DNA from: Planctomycetota bacterium
GTDB lineage: Bacteria > Planctomycetota > UBA11346
DNA: 64,000 bases
NCBI GenBank assembly: GCA_023150565.1
Contig: JAKLKR010000001.1
Coordinates: forward strand, 42,180 to 106,179
Direction: 5' to 3'
Below the pieces are notes generated by a model, which was given only the letters and a program-made list of their open reading frames with translations, was not told the origin of the DNA and did not search any database. A program made the translations under genes and the position numbers. This document shows, piece after piece, positions 19,566 to 30,587 of the stretch (its first letter is position 1; each line of letters starts with the position of its first letter).

Positions 19566-19775
19566 ATGGCGGCGCTCAAGCTCACCATGGGCGAGCGCGA
19601 GCAGCTTTCGGACTGCCGGCTGCTCTTCGCCGCCGCCGAACACGACATCCAGGTGGTGGTGCGCGGCCAGAGCCCGGATTGTGGCGAAGCCCTGGAGCAT
19701 GCCTTGGAACAGGCTGAACAGGCCCTGGCGGGGTTGCGTCGGGTGCGTGCCGCGGTTGCTGCACGCCGCAACTGA
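19566..19775 (+). CDS. Small hypothetical protein (69 aa)
   Basis: ATG 2 nt after the rph stop, helical composition. No recognised motif. Confidence 0.45.
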   Translation: MAALKLTMGEREQLSDCRLLFAAAEHDIQVVVRGQSPDCGEALEHALEQAEQALAGLRRVRAAVAARRN

Positions 19776-19948
19776 ACGGCGGTCGGGGGTATTGCCCCTC
19801 AACGTTCGCGGTCCATCCAGGTACAATCATCGGGCCTCGATGCTCCGCCGTCCGCTCGTGGGACGGCGCTATGCAACCGGTGCCATCTCGCCTTGATCGT
19901 CCTTTTTAGACCTTAGTCTCCGTTTCCCCTCGTTTGGGGCCGGAATTC

Positions 19949-20917
19949 ATGACCAACCCGTCCATACATCCTGCCCGTCGTCTCCTCGCCCCGGCGCTGC
20001 TGGTTGTTGCCGCTGCCGTCATTGCCGGCTGCGGCGTCGGTGGGGCCTCCGTCAACAAGACCCCAGAGCAATTGGTCGAGCAGGGGTTGGACGAGTTGGG
20101 CCGATACGAATTTGCAGAGGCATACGAGACCTTCGCCTTGGTGCGAGCCAAGGCGCCAGCGGGCAGCGAGGTCCGTCGGAAAGCCACCTTCGCCCAGGCG
20201 GTGGCCTGCCATCAATGGCAGCCGGCCAGTGAGGCACGCATCAGCGAGGCTGAGAGCCTTTATCTTCAGTTGGCGGATGCAGGCGAGGGAGAAGAGGCGG
20301 TCCAATCCTTGCTTCGGCTTGGTCGCTTGGCCGAACTGAGCGATTATTTCGGTGACAAGGAGGATCTGGCCAAGGCACGCGAGGTCTATCAGCAGGTGAT
20401 GACGCGTTGGCCGCAGCGCCCCGAAGCGGGCGAAGCGTGCCTGCGCCTGGCTGCCGCCTGGGCTCAGACCCTGGATCCGGCGGATGTGCGCAAGGGCATC
20501 GCGGTGATCGATGCCTGGCTCAAGGCCCACCCGGACGAGCCCAAGGCGGCGATCATGTTGCAGTACCTGAGCGAACTGCATTGGACCTTCCTCAAGGATG
20601 CCAAGAACTCGGTAGCCTGCCTGGTCGAGGCGGATCGGCGCGGGTTTGACTGCGATGGACGGGAATGGCAGTATTGCTGGCGCATCGCCCGCCTGGCCGA
20701 GGAGCAGCTCAAGGACCGCGATCTGGCCATCCGCTACTACCGCAAGATCATCATCGACTACCCCAAGAGCGGGTCGGCCTGGGAATCCCAGCAGGAGCTC
20801 AAGCGTCTGGGCGTCGAGCCGCCCCCCATCCGTCTCTTCGATCCTACGGCCGTGGCGCGCAAGAGCGCCGCTCGGCCGGGTGCCACCGTCGCCCCCGTCA
20901 AGGAGGCAAAGCCGTGA
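19949..20917 (+). CDS. TPR-repeat lipoprotein
   Basis: Lipobox VIAG-C. TPR-like repeats (AREVYQQVMTRWP, AIRYYRKIIIDYPKS). Confidence 0.75.
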   Translation: MTNPSIHPARRLLAPALLVVAAAVIAGCGVGGASVNKTPEQLVEQGLDELGRYEFAEAYETFALVRAKAPAGSEVRRKATFAQAVACHQWQPASEARISEAESLYLQLADAGEGEEAVQSLLRLGRLAELSDYFGDKEDLAKAREVYQQVMTRWPQRPEAGEACLRLAAAWAQTLDPADVRKGIAVIDAWLKAHPDEPKAAIMLQYLSELHWTFLKDAKNSVACLVEADRRGFDCDGREWQYCWRIARLAEEQLKDRDLAIRYYRKIIIDYPKSGSAWESQQELKRLGVEPPPIRLFDPTAVARKSAARPGATVAPVKEAKP

Positions 20918-22671
20918 GCGAACCCGCCGAGAGCGAGTACCGCCCGCCGTCAACCTGGCGCAAGCTGCTCAATTGGAACACCCTCGGGGTGCTGGTGGTG
21001 ATCAGCGCGGTATCGGTCAGCCTGTGGAAGGTCGCTTCGATCCAGCGCAACTACTACAGCGGCGCCCGCACCATCGTGCGCATGGCCCACTGGCAGCTCG
21101 AGGGCGGCTACCGCGAAGCCCTGCAGATCGTCATCGACGATTACAACAAGCTGATGGCGGAACGCTTCAAGCGGGGCGAGATCGCCAAGCCGGTGGAGGT
21201 GGTGCAGGTGCCTGTGACCGAGAAGGTCTATGGCCAGCTGATCAATACCAACCTGCTGGCGCGCTCCGCCCCTGACATCATTTCGATGGGCTTCGCCAAC
21301 AAGATCAACGGGGCGCAGAAGGCGCAGTTCTTCCTCTCGCTCGACGAGCAGGTGCGCGAACCGAACCCCTACAATTCCCCTGAATTCCTCGCTGGCGCCG
21401 AGATCGACCCTGAACTGGCGCGGGCCCTGCCGGCGCTGCCCTGGCGCGACACCGCCATGGACGGCATGCGCAGCACCTTCGACATCGACCTGCAGGGCAT
21501 CTACGCCATCCCCACCAACTTCGTCAACGCGGGCCGCCTGTCCTACAACAAGGACCTGTTCAAGGCCGCCACCGGCAGCGACGAGCCGCCGCGCACCCTC
21601 GGGCAGCTGCTCGACATCTGCGCCAAGATCAAGGCCTACGGCGACAAGCAGGGCAGGCGCATCACCCCCATCGCCGGCACCCGCTACAACGTCAACCACT
21701 TCGACAGCTACAACTTGCCGTTCTTCGCCTGCTACCGCGATCAGCTCGACCTCAACCGTGATGGCATCGTGGGCGCGATGGAGGGCTGGGGCGCCTTCGG
21801 CAGCGGGGTGTTCAACCTCGAGGACAAGCCCTTCGTCGAGCTGACCGAGGCCTGCCAGGCGATCTCCAACCAGTTCCCGCCCGGATTCCTGGCCCTCGAG
21901 CGCGATTCCGCCACCTACCTGTTCACCCAGGGTGAGGCGGCGATGCACCTCACCGGTTCGTGGGATGCCGGCACCCTCTTCCGCCTCACCGCGGGCAAGT
22001 TCCGCATGGGCATCACCGACTTCCCGCTGCCGGCTCCCGGCGAGAGATGGGGAGACCCGGTCAAGCACCCCGCCAGCGAGGCGAGCAAGACCGGCGGCAA
22101 CTCCTTCGGCGTCTACAAGTTCGGCAACGTCCCCGAATCCATAGACTTCCTGCGCTACCTGACCAGCTACGTGCAGAACCAGCGCTACAACCGCGCCGCC
22201 GACTGGGTGCCCAACATCATCGGCACCTCGCCCGATGCGCGCATGGCGGCCTACGTCCCGCGCCTGGATGGCATCCAGCCCACCACCTGGGTGCCTGATG
22301 GCGCCGAGGGCAAGCAGGTGGCATCGATCTTCAATGGCCAGATGCAGTCGCTGCTGAGCGGCGAGGCTGATGCCGCCCAGGTGATCGCCAAGGTCAAGAA
22401 TGCCTACGCCGATCCCGCAATCGGCGAACCGGTGATCTGGTCGGAATTCTACGACAATCAGAAGGTCTACCTGCGCACGCTCGAGCGCACCCTGGCTGTC
22501 CAGAGCGCGATCTCGCAGATCGCCGGCGCCGATCAGGCCGAGGCCGACCGGCGATACCGCACCCTGCTCGCCACCCAGGTGGTGCGGACCAACGCCGAGG
22601 ATCTGCGCCTGATCTGGTTGCAGACCATCGGAGCCAAGACCAACAAGCCCTTCCCGGAGCCGAACCGATGA
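20914..22671 (+). CDS. Carbohydrate ABC transporter substrate-binding protein (N-terminal TM anchor)
   Basis: GTGA overlap. APDII, YAIP, YNKDLFK, PPRT, FTQGEAAMHLTGSW, FPLP, DFLRYLTS motifs. Confidence 0.85.
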   Translation: MSEPAESEYRPPSTWRKLLNWNTLGVLVVISAVSVSLWKVASIQRNYYSGARTIVRMAHWQLEGGYREALQIVIDDYNKLMAERFKRGEIAKPVEVVQVPVTEKVYGQLINTNLLARSAPDIISMGFANKINGAQKAQFFLSLDEQVREPNPYNSPEFLAGAEIDPELARALPALPWRDTAMDGMRSTFDIDLQGIYAIPTNFVNAGRLSYNKDLFKAATGSDEPPRTLGQLLDICAKIKAYGDKQGRRITPIAGTRYNVNHFDSYNLPFFACYRDQLDLNRDGIVGAMEGWGAFGSGVFNLEDKPFVELTEACQAISNQFPPGFLALERDSATYLFTQGEAAMHLTGSWDAGTLFRLTAGKFRMGITDFPLPAPGERWGDPVKHPASEASKTGGNSFGVYKFGNVPESIDFLRYLTSYVQNQRYNRAADWVPNIIGTSPDARMAAYVPRLDGIQPTTWVPDGAEGKQVASIFNGQMQSLLSGEADAAQVIAKVKNAYADPAIGEPVIWSEFYDNQKVYLRTLERTLAVQSAISQIAGADQAEADRRYRTLLATQVVRTNAEDLRLIWLQTIGAKTNKPFPEPNR

Positions 22672-24122
22672 GCGGCGATAGCACCCCCCGTACCGGGGAG
22701 ACCCGGCGCGCCGCCGCCGCCGGGACGATCGAGATCCCGGTCGACGGTGCCGGCTCGATGGCGCGCTGGTGGCCGCGCGCCCGTTTCGTCGCCATGCTCT
22801 GGCTGATGATGCTGCCCACCATCGCCGGGCTGGCGATCTTCACCTACTTCCCCAATCTCGAGACGGTCAAGTATTCGCTCTACAAGTGGGATGGCGGCGC
22901 GGTCGAGGAATTCCGCCTCTTCTACAACTTCAAGCAGATCTTCGGCGGCGGGGATCCGCGCTACTGGGCGGCGTTCTCGCTCATCGGCGTGCTGCTGGCG
23001 GCCAACCTGGTGAAGATGTGGCCGTCGATCTTCACCGCTATCGTGCTGCACCGGCTCAAGAGCGAGCGCTGGCAGTTCTTCTACCGCGTGCTGTTCGTGG
23101 TGCCGATGGTGATCCCCGGCCTGGTCGGGCTGCTGCTGTGGAAGGGCTATTACGATCCCAACGTGGGTTTGTTCAACAAGCTGCTCAACGGCATCGGGCT
23201 GATGCCGGTCCTCAACAGCCTCGACACCGCCATGCCGGCCCTAGCCGCCTTCGTGAACGGCAACCTGCTGGTGTGGAATTCCGCCAACCCGCTGTGGTCG
23301 ATCCTTCTGCTTCCCACCCAGATCATCACCCCGCTCTTCGGCGGGCTGTGGGGCATGCTGGTGTTCGGCTTCGTCCTGCTGCTGCTGCGCGATGGCGTGC
23401 AGACCATACCCGGGCGCTGGATGCTGTGGGTGATGGTGATGGCCTTCGCGGTGCTCACCTGGGGCCCCAATCCCTTCGAGAATCCCCTGCCCTTCCTCGC
23501 CCGTGGGCTCATCCTGCTCGGCGGCGGCGCGCTGCTGGTGGAATGGCTGCGCAAGCGCGACTCGATCGAAGGCAAGGACGTGGTCGCCCGCATCGCCGCC
23601 GGGGTGCTGATCACCGCCGGCCTGCTGGTGCTGCTGTCCAAGATCTGGGTCGATCCCACCAACGCCTTCATCAACGGCAACCCGTCGTGGCTCGGCCACA
23701 GCAAGCTGGTGGTGCCGGCGGTGATCGTGTGGGGCTTCCCCTGGATCGGCACCGTCGGCGTGCTGATCTACCTCGCCGGCCTGGCCAACATCAGCAAGGA
23801 GGTCTATGAGGCCGCCGAACTCGATGGCATCGGCTTCTGGGGCAAGATCTTCCGCATCGAGATCCCGCTCATCCTGACCCAGGTGCGTATCAACCTCATC
23901 TTCCTCACCATCGGCACCCTCAACGAATACGGCTTCTTCCTCATCCTGCTCGGTCCCGACGGGGGACCCGACAACGCCGGCCTCACCCCCGGGTTGTACA
24001 TGTACCAGAAGGCCTTCATCCAGAGCGAGATGGGCTATGCCTGCGCGCTCGGCATGGTGATGTTCACCCTCATCCTGTTCCTGACCATCGTGTACCAGAG
24101 GCACCTCAAGGTGGACAAGTGA
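22668..24122 (+). CDS. Carbohydrate ABC transporter permease with a large extra membrane insertion
   Basis: YRVLFVVPMVIP, GLFNKLL, YLAGLANISKEVYEAAELDG (EAA motif), GYACALG. Confidence 0.9.
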   Translation: MSGDSTPRTGETRRAAAAGTIEIPVDGAGSMARWWPRARFVAMLWLMMLPTIAGLAIFTYFPNLETVKYSLYKWDGGAVEEFRLFYNFKQIFGGGDPRYWAAFSLIGVLLAANLVKMWPSIFTAIVLHRLKSERWQFFYRVLFVVPMVIPGLVGLLLWKGYYDPNVGLFNKLLNGIGLMPVLNSLDTAMPALAAFVNGNLLVWNSANPLWSILLLPTQIITPLFGGLWGMLVFGFVLLLLRDGVQTIPGRWMLWVMVMAFAVLTWGPNPFENPLPFLARGLILLGGGALLVEWLRKRDSIEGKDVVARIAAGVLITAGLLVLLSKIWVDPTNAFINGNPSWLGHSKLVVPAVIVWGFPWIGTVGVLIYLAGLANISKEVYEAAELDGIGFWGKIFRIEIPLILTQVRINLIFLTIGTLNEYGFFLILLGPDGGPDNAGLTPGLYMYQKAFIQSEMGYACALGMVMFTLILFLTIVYQRHLKVDK

Positions 24123-24123
24123 C

Positions 24124-24963
24124 ATGACCCACCAGTCCCACCTCCGTTTCAAGGAATGGTGCAAGCACGCCCTGCTGTGCTGCGTGCTGTTCTTCGCCTT
24201 CGTGCCGTTCTTCCTGATGCTGATGATCAGCCTCAAGACCAACGACCAGTACACCACCAACCCCTGGTGGTTCGATGCGCCCTCGCAATGGTGCTGGGCC
24301 AACTGGACCAAGGGCTGGAACACCGTCGGCCACTACATCACCAATTCGATCGTGGTGGCGGTGGGCTCGGTGCTGCTGTGCCTGACCATCAGCATCCCCA
24401 CCAGCTATGTCATCGCCCGCTACCGCTTCCCGGGGCGCGAACTGGTCTACTACGCGCTGATGGCCACCATGTTCCTGCCCGGCGGTGCCGCCGCGCTGGT
24501 GACCACCTTCAAGCTGATCAGCTCGATGGGCCTGGTGAACAACCTCGCCGCGCTGGTGCTGCTCTCGGGCATCGGCGGCCAGGTGAGCTGCGTGTTCATC
24601 CTGCGCCAGTTCATCGAGGAGATCCCCAAGGAGCTGTTCGAATCGGCCTCGATCGACGGCGCCGGCCATCTGCGCCAGATGTGGTCGATCATGCTGCCGC
24701 TGTCCGGGCCGGTGATCGGCACCCTGGCGATCATGAACTTCCTCGGCGCCTGGAACGACCTGATCATGCCGCTGATCCTCCTGCGCGACGACCAGATGCT
24801 CACCATCCCGGTCGGCCTGATGCGCCTCGACGGCGAGTACGTCAAGATGTGGGGCGAGCTGATGGCCGGCTATTCGATCGCCGCCATCCCCCTGGTCATC
24901 CTCTTCCTGTTCACCATTCGTCTCTTCGTCCGCGGCCTCACCGCGGGCGCGGTCAAGGGCTGA
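24124..24963 (+). CDS. Carbohydrate ABC transporter permease
   Basis: RYRFPGR, IPKELFESASIDGA, WNDL, RGLTAGAVKG C-terminus. Confidence 0.93.
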   Translation: MTHQSHLRFKEWCKHALLCCVLFFAFVPFFLMLMISLKTNDQYTTNPWWFDAPSQWCWANWTKGWNTVGHYITNSIVVAVGSVLLCLTISIPTSYVIARYRFPGRELVYYALMATMFLPGGAAALVTTFKLISSMGLVNNLAALVLLSGIGGQVSCVFILRQFIEEIPKELFESASIDGAGHLRQMWSIMLPLSGPVIGTLAIMNFLGAWNDLIMPLILLRDDQMLTIPVGLMRLDGEYVKMWGELMAGYSIAAIPLVILFLFTIRLFVRGLTAGAVKG

Positions 24964-24966
24964 GCC

Positions 24967-26106
24967 ATGGCAGGCATCCTCATCAAGGATCTCCAGAAGA
25001 TCTACGACAACGGCTATCACGCGGTCAAGGACGCCAACCTCGAGATTCGCGACAGGGAGTTCATGGTCCTGGTCGGGCCCTCGGGTTGCGGCAAGACCAC
25101 CACCCTGCGCATGATCGCCGGGCTGGAGGACATCAGCGGCGGCGAGATCCGCATCGGTGAGCGCCGGCTCAACGAGGTGGCGCCCAAGGACCGCGACATC
25201 GCCATGGTGTTCCAGAGCTACGCGCTCTACCCGCACATGTCGGTGTACGAGAACATGGCCTTCGCCCTGCGTCTGCGCAAGATGCCCAAGCCCGAGATCC
25301 ATGCCAAGGTGATGGAAGCGGCCAAGATGCTCAGCCTGGGCAACCAGCTCGAGAAGCTGCCCAAGCAGCTTTCCGGCGGCCAGCGCCAGCGCGTCGCCCT
25401 CGGGCGTGCGATCGTGCGCCAGCCCAAGGCATTCCTCTTCGATGAGCCGCTCTCGAACCTCGACGCCAAGCTGCGCGGCGAGATGCGCTATGAGCTCAAG
25501 TCGCTGCAGACCCGCCTGGCCACCACCGCGGTGTACGTGACCCACGACCAGATCGAGGCCATGACCCTGGGCGACCGCATCACGGTGATGAGCGTGGGCG
25601 AGATCCAGCAGGTGGCCCCGCCCACGGTGGTCTACGAGTTCCCCTACAACCGCTTCGTGGCCAGCTTCATCGGCACCCCGCCGATGAATTTCGTGACCGG
25701 CAAGCTGGTGCGCGAAGGCGACACCTGGTCGTGCGAGATGGCCAAGGGCCAGCGCTTCACCCTGGGCATGAAGGAGCGCGGCAAGCTGGCCGAGAACCTG
25801 GGCAAGGACGTGGTCCTGGGCGTCCGTCCGGAGCACCTGCATGCGCCCCAGGTGGCGCCGGCGGGCTGCGCCGTCTGCCCGATGAAGGTCGACGTGGTCG
25901 AGCACATGGGCGACCACCAGTACATCTACCTGCTCCTCGATGGCGTCGAGGACACCGTGATCATGAAGGCGCCGCCCCAGGTGAAGGCCGCCCCCGGCGA
26001 CATCATGCCGGTGCATCTCGACACCGCTGCCGGCCACTTGTTCGCCGGTACCCACGAGCACGCCCCCAACATCACCCTGCCGGCGGGATTCCCGCGCCAG
26101 CAGTGA
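24967..26106 (+). CDS. Sugar ABC transporter ATP-binding protein (MalK/UgpC/MsmK type)
   Basis: Walker [49 protein letters not shown]. Confidence 0.97.
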   Translation: MAGILIKDLQKIYDNGYHAVKDANLEIRDREFMVLVGPSGCGKTTTLRMIAGLEDISGGEIRIGERRLNEVAPKDRDIAMVFQSYALYPHMSVYENMAFALRLRKMPKPEIHAKVMEAAKMLSLGNQLEKLPKQLSGGQRQRVALGRAIVRQPKAFLFDEPLSNLDAKLRGEMRYELKSLQTRLATTAVYVTHDQIEAMTLGDRITVMSVGEIQQVAPPTVVYEFPYNRFVASFIGTPPMNFVTGKLVREGDTWSCEMAKGQRFTLGMKERGKLAENLGKDVVLGVRPEHLHAPQVAPAGCAVCPMKVDVVEHMGDHQYIYLLLDGVEDTVIMKAPPQVKAAPGDIMPVHLDTAAGHLFAGTHEHAPNITLPAGFPRQQ

Positions 26107-26131
26107 CCGTGGTTTGCTGAGGGAAACGGCA

Positions 26132-26166
26132 CAGCCGCGGCCCAAAGGTCGCGGCTGGCTTGTTTT
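26132..26166 (+). terminator. Putative terminator after the ABC operon
   Basis: Stem CAGCCGCGGCC / GGTCGCGGCTG followed by GCTTGTTTT. Confidence 0.5.
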
Positions 26167-26260
26167 CCGGGATCAGGCGCTACTCGGCCCTTGCCCGAGG
26201 GGGGGTGTCGTCCATGATCCCGCCCCCCATAAACGAGAACAGAACGTTCGCGGAGCAGTC

Positions 26261-28360
26261 ATGGCCCTGAACCTCGCCAAGATGCGCAATTTCGGCATCG
26301 TCGCCCACATCGACTCGGGCAAGACCACGGTGTCCGAGCGCATTCTCTACTACACCGGCAAGAAGCACAAGATCGGCGAGGTGCACGAGGGTGCCACCAC
26401 CACCGACTGGATGAAGGAGGAGCAGGAGCGCGGCATCACCATCACGGCCGCGGCCGTGTTCTGCTCGTGGCGCGACCACTACATCAACCTCATCGACACC
26501 CCCGGACACGTGGACTTCACCGCCGAGGTGGAACGCTCCTGCCGCGTCCTCGATGGCGCGGTGGTGGTGTTCTGCGCAGTCGCCGGGGTGCAGGCCCAGT
26601 CCGAGACGGTGTGGCGCCAGGCCAACAAGTACTCGGTGCCCCGTCTGGTGTTCGTCAACAAGATGGATCGCATGGGCGCCAACTTCGAGCGCGTGGTCGG
26701 CCAGGTGAAGGAGCGCCTGGGCGGCAACCCGGTGCCCATCCAGATGCCGATCGGCGCTGGCGACGAATACATCGGCCTGATCGACCTGCTGACCATGAAG
26801 GCCTACTACTATGAAGGCGATAAGGGTGAGGACCAGGTCGAGCGCGACATCCCCGCCGAGCTCAAGGCCGAGGCCGAGAAGCGCCGCCACGCGATGATGG
26901 ATGCCATCGCCTCGAATTGCGGCGAGGAGGAGATCGAGATGGCCTATCTCGACAAGGGCGAGCTGACCAACGACCAGATCATGGCTGGTCTTCGCGCCGG
27001 CTGCCGCACCTTCAAGCTCCAGCCCATGCTCCAGGGGTCGGCCCTGCGCAACAAGGGCGTGCAGAAGCTGCTCGACGCGGTGATCGACATCCTGCCCAAC
27101 CCCAAGGATGCGCATTCGATCAAGCAGTTCGAACTCGAGGACATCACCAAGTCCAATCCGTCGCCGACCGCCTGCGATCCCAAGGCGCCGCTGCGCGCCA
27201 TGGTGTTCAAGATCATGAACATGCCCAACCTCGGCGACGTGTCGTTCGTGCGCGTCTACCAGGGCCTGCTCCAGGAAGGCGACCAGCTGGTGTGCCAGCC
27301 CTCAGGCAAGACCGAGCGCGCCGGGCGCCTGGTCAAGCTGGTGGGTTCCGCCCCGCACAAGATCGAGGATTCGCCCGCCGGCGACATCTGCGCCATCGTC
27401 GGGCTCAAGAACACCCAGACCGGCGACACCCTCTGCCACCAGAGCGACAACAAGCCGATGATGCTCGAAGGCATCACCTTCGCCAAGCCGGTCATCACCA
27501 TGGCCATCGAGCCCAAGTCCAACCAGGACAAGGAGAAGATGGCCTACGCCCTGCAGCGCCTGGAGCGCGAGGACCCCACCTTCAAGAAGTGGACCGACCC
27601 CGAGACCTCGCAGCTGATCATCGCCGGCATGGGCGAGCTGCACCTCGAGGTGCTCAGCCACCGTATCCGCGACGAATACAAGGTCGACGCGGTGGTCGGC
27701 AAGCCCAAGGTGAGCTACCGCGAGACCATCTCCAAGTCGCTCGAGATCCGCGGCAAGCACGTCAAGCAGTCGGGTGGACGCGGCCAGTACGGCGATTGCG
27801 TGGTCAAGATCCGCCCGCTCACCGACGAGGAGAAGGCGGCCGGCAACGAGTTCATCTGGCTCGACTCGATCAGCCAGGGCCGCGTGCCGCGCGAATACCG
27901 CCCGGCGATCGAGGAGGGCGTGCGCTACGAGCTGCAGCGCGGCTACCTCGCCGGCTTCCCCTGCATCAACGTGCACGTCGAGCTGATCGACGGTTCCTAC
28001 CATGATGTCGACTCCAGCCAGGAGGCCTTCATCGCCGCCGGCCGCCTCGCCATCCGTGAAGCCTACCCCAAGCTCGGCATGCAGCTGCTCGAGCCGTGGA
28101 TGAAGGTCGAGGTCGAGACCCCCGACCAGTTCACCGGCACCATCATGGGCTCGTTGCAGTCCAAGCGTGCGATGATCACCGAGACCCTCGACCGCGGCAC
28201 CAACAAGATCATCCGCTGCGAGGTCCCCCTCGGCGAGATGTTCGGCTACACCACCGAGCTGCGCTCGATGTCGCAGGGCCGCGCCGGCTTCTCGATGGAG
28301 CCGAGCGAGTACAAGACCGTGCCCCAGTCGATGGTCGAGAAGGTCGCCAAGAAGGGCTGA
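26261..28360 (+). CDS. fusA: Elongation factor G
   Basis: [71 protein letters not shown]. Confidence 0.97.
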   Translation: MALNLAKMRNFGIVAHIDSGKTTVSERILYYTGKKHKIGEVHEGATTTDWMKEEQERGITITAAAVFCSWRDHYINLIDTPGHVDFTAEVERSCRVLDGAVVVFCAVAGVQAQSETVWRQANKYSVPRLVFVNKMDRMGANFERVVGQVKERLGGNPVPIQMPIGAGDEYIGLIDLLTMKAYYYEGDKGEDQVERDIPAELKAEAEKRRHAMMDAIASNCGEEEIEMAYLDKGELTNDQIMAGLRAGCRTFKLQPMLQGSALRNKGVQKLLDAVIDILPNPKDAHSIKQFELEDITKSNPSPTACDPKAPLRAMVFKIMNMPNLGDVSFVRVYQGLLQEGDQLVCQPSGKTERAGRLVKLVGSAPHKIEDSPAGDICAIVGLKNTQTGDTLCHQSDNKPMMLEGITFAKPVITMAIEPKSNQDKEKMAYALQRLEREDPTFKKWTDPETSQLIIAGMGELHLEVLSHRIRDEYKVDAVVGKPKVSYRETISKSLEIRGKHVKQSGGRGQYGDCVVKIRPLTDEEKAAGNEFIWLDSISQGRVPREYRPAIEEGVRYELQRGYLAGFPCINVHVELIDGSYHDVDSSQEAFIAAGRLAIREAYPKLGMQLLEPWMKVEVETPDQFTGTIMGSLQSKRAMITETLDRGTNKIIRCEVPLGEMFGYTTELRSMSQGRAGFSMEPSEYKTVPQSMVEKVAKKG

Positions 28361-28387
28361 TCCCCCTCGGAGCGGACTCGGACCACG

Positions 28388-28422
28388 GGGGTCGCGCCAT
28401 CGGCGCGGCCCCTGTCCTTTTT
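28388..28422 (+). terminator. Terminator between convergent fusA and pilC
   Basis: Stem GGGGTCGCGCC-ATC-GGCGCGGCCCC followed by TGTCCTTTTT. Confidence 0.65.
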
Positions 28423-29399
28423 CAGCCGCCGCCCATCGCCTCGTCGGCCATCGCCATCGCACCGCCCATCGCCTGGCTCCACATCATCAGCACGGTGCAG
28501 GCGGCGGTGATCATGGCGATCGCGTAGACGATCCCGGTGGCGATCTTGGCGGTCCAGCGCAGGCGCGAGGCGAAGCGCTCCTCGGCCAGGGTGGCGACCT
28601 GGGCGAGGGCGCGGTCGAGGCGTCCGCCGGCTTCGCCGGTCTGGACCAACGCCAGGAGGTCGCCGCCGATCCCGCCGTGGGCGAGGCCCTCGGCGACGCT
28701 GCCCAGGCGCCGTTCCTCGATGCTCACCCCGGCCTCCGCCAGGCGGGCGCCCATCGCCTGGTTGCCGCAGGCGCCGGCGGCGAGCGCGAACGCCGCCTGG
28801 ACGCGCATGCCGGCCGAGAACGCCGCCTCCAGCACCGCGGCGGTATTCGCGGTCAGCATCGGCATGGCCAGGAACGTGAACGGCCGGCGCAGCATCAGCC
28901 GGCCGAACAGGCCGCTGCGTCCGGTGGCCCAGCCGGCTGCCGCCAGTGCGGCGATGATGCCCCACAGGCAGGCCGGTCCGGCCAGCAGCCAGAGGGGGTC
29001 GCTGCGTCCGAGCACCGCCCCTGGCACCGCCGGGGCGATCAGCGCCGCATGCAGCAGCAGGGCCGGGTAGATCAGGCGCCCTACCGCTTCATCGCGGGTG
29101 CGGGCCAGGCGTTCGCAGATGCCGGCGATGCGGCGGCAGCAGTCCGGCAGGCGGCCGCTCTCCTCGCCGGCGCGCACCAGCGCCACCACCAGCGGGGCTT
29201 CGCCCGAGGCCTCCAGGACCGTCCACAGATGGGTGCCGGCTTCGCAGGATGCCGACCAGGAGGCGCTGGTCGTGGTCATCGCTCCGCCGGCGGTGGCTCC
29301 GGCCAGCACCAGCGAGCGTCCGATCGGCAGGCCCGCATCGAGGAGGCCGGCGAGCTGGCCATGGAACAGCGCCGTGCGCCGCCAGCCGGCCAGGGTCAT
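28422..29399 (-). CDS. pilC: Type II secretion system F family / PilC platform protein
   Basis: QLAGLLDAGLPI, VRAGEESGRL, LIYP, VQTGEAGGRLDRAL. Two T2SSF domains with TM segments. Confidence 0.8.
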   Translation of the reverse strand: MTLAGWRRTALFHGQLAGLLDAGLPIGRSLVLAGATAGGAMTTTSASWSASCEAGTHLWTVLEASGEAPLVVALVRAGEESGRLPDCCRRIAGICERLARTRDEAVGRLIYPALLLHAALIAPAVPGAVLGRSDPLWLLAGPACLWGIIAALAAAGWATGRSGLFGRLMLRRPFTFLAMPMLTANTAAVLEAAFSAGMRVQAAFALAAGACGNQAMGARLAEAGVSIEERRLGSVAEGLAHGGIGGDLLALVQTGEAGGRLDRALAQVATLAEERFASRLRWTAKIATGIVYAIAMITAACTVLMMWSQAMGGAMAMADEAMGGG

Positions 29400-29863
29400 G
29401 GCGGGGGGGCGGTCAGGGCGGCGGCGACCGCGGGCGGCACCAGCGCCTCGATGCCCAGGCCGGCGGCATGGACCTGGCGCACGAAGCTGGAACTGAGGTG
29501 CGCGAGCGCCCCCGGGGCGAGCAGCAGGATGGTGTCGAGGCCGAGCTGGCGGTGGTGCTCGGCCATCGCCCGCTCGTGGTCGAGGTCGGCGGCCGAGCGC
29601 ACTCCGCGCAGCAGGGCATCGAGATGCCGCTCGCGGGCGAAATGCAGGGTCGCCCCCTGGTAGGTGGCGACCTCGACCCGGGCGAGGTGGGCGCAGCAGG
29701 CGCGCAGCAATGAGACCCGGTGCTCGACCGGCAGCCATCCGCGCTTGTCCGGATGCACGGCCACCGCCACCACAAGCCGGCCGCCCAGGGCCGCCCCGCG
29801 GGTGATCAGGTCGAGATGCCCGAGGTGGGGCGGATCGAAGGACCCGGGAAACAGCAGGTTCAT
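29396..29863 (-). CDS. coaD: Phosphopantetheine adenylyltransferase
   Basis: FPGSFDPPHLGHLD, LLRGVRSAAD, LSSSFVRQ. Confidence 0.93.
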   Translation of the reverse strand: MNLLFPGSFDPPHLGHLDLITRGAALGGRLVVAVAVHPDKRGWLPVEHRVSLLRACCAHLARVEVATYQGATLHFARERHLDALLRGVRSAADLDHERAMAEHHRQLGLDTILLLAPGALAHLSSSFVRQVHAAGLGIEALVPPAVAAALTAPPP

Positions 29864-29897
29864 GATGTGGAGGTCTACGGTGTGGACGTACGCGCGG

Positions 29898-30587
29898 TTA
29901 CTGCGCGTCTTCCTGGATGCGCGCGATGAGGTCGGCGGCCAGGGTCTCTTCGCCGCCACCATCGGTATGCGCCACCCGTACCGACACCAAGGTGCCGTCG
30001 GCGTCGACCCGGCGCGAGATCAGGTAGTACATCTTGGTGCCGCCCTGGCGGAAATAGATGCGCACCGGCTTGCCGAGATCGTCGGGGGCCTGGCGCTTTT
30101 CCGCCCTGGCCTCAGCCGCGGTGGCCGGGGTGGCGGGGTTGCCGTCCGGCTTGGCGATCTCTGACTCGACCTTCTTGATCTCCTTCTCGACCTTGGCCAA
30201 TGCCTGCTTGGTCTTCTGCTGTTCCTGCCACTTGCCGTACCACGCCTGCCAGTCCGCCGGCCGCTTGGGGCGGTCGGCGCTGCCATCCCCGGGACCTCCG
30301 GCCTGCAGGCCGGTGCGCGTGCGCAGGGCCGACATCACCGCCTCGGCGGCCTGGCGGTCGTCGACCTTGGCCATCAGGATGGGCACGATGTCGGCATCGT
30401 CGCCGCTCGATTTCGCGGCCAGTGCCGCCACCGCCGCCTTCTTGGCGCTGGCATCGTCGCCGGCGAAGGCCTTGTTGAAGGCCTCGACCGCCTTGGCGTT
30501 CACCGGCGTCTTCTTGGGGGCATCGGCGGCGGCGGCTCCGGCGCACAGGGCCAGGGCCAGGAAGAGGGCAGGGGCGCGGTGGGTCAT
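29898..30587 (-). CDS. Secreted hypothetical protein (helical N-terminal region, coiled coil, small C-terminal beta domain)
   Basis: Signal peptide MTHRAPALFLALALCAGAAAA. ATGA overlap with the upstream DJ-1 gene. Confidence 0.6.
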   Translation of the reverse strand: MTHRAPALFLALALCAGAAAADAPKKTPVNAKAVEAFNKAFAGDDASAKKAAVAALAAKSSGDDADIVPILMAKVDDRQAAEAVMSALRTRTGLQAGGPGDGSADRPKRPADWQAWYGKWQEQQKTKQALAKVEKEIKKVESEIAKPDGNPATPATAAEARAEKRQAPDDLGKPVRIYFRQGGTKMYYLISRRVDADGTLVSVRVAHTDGGGEETLAADLIARIQEDAQ

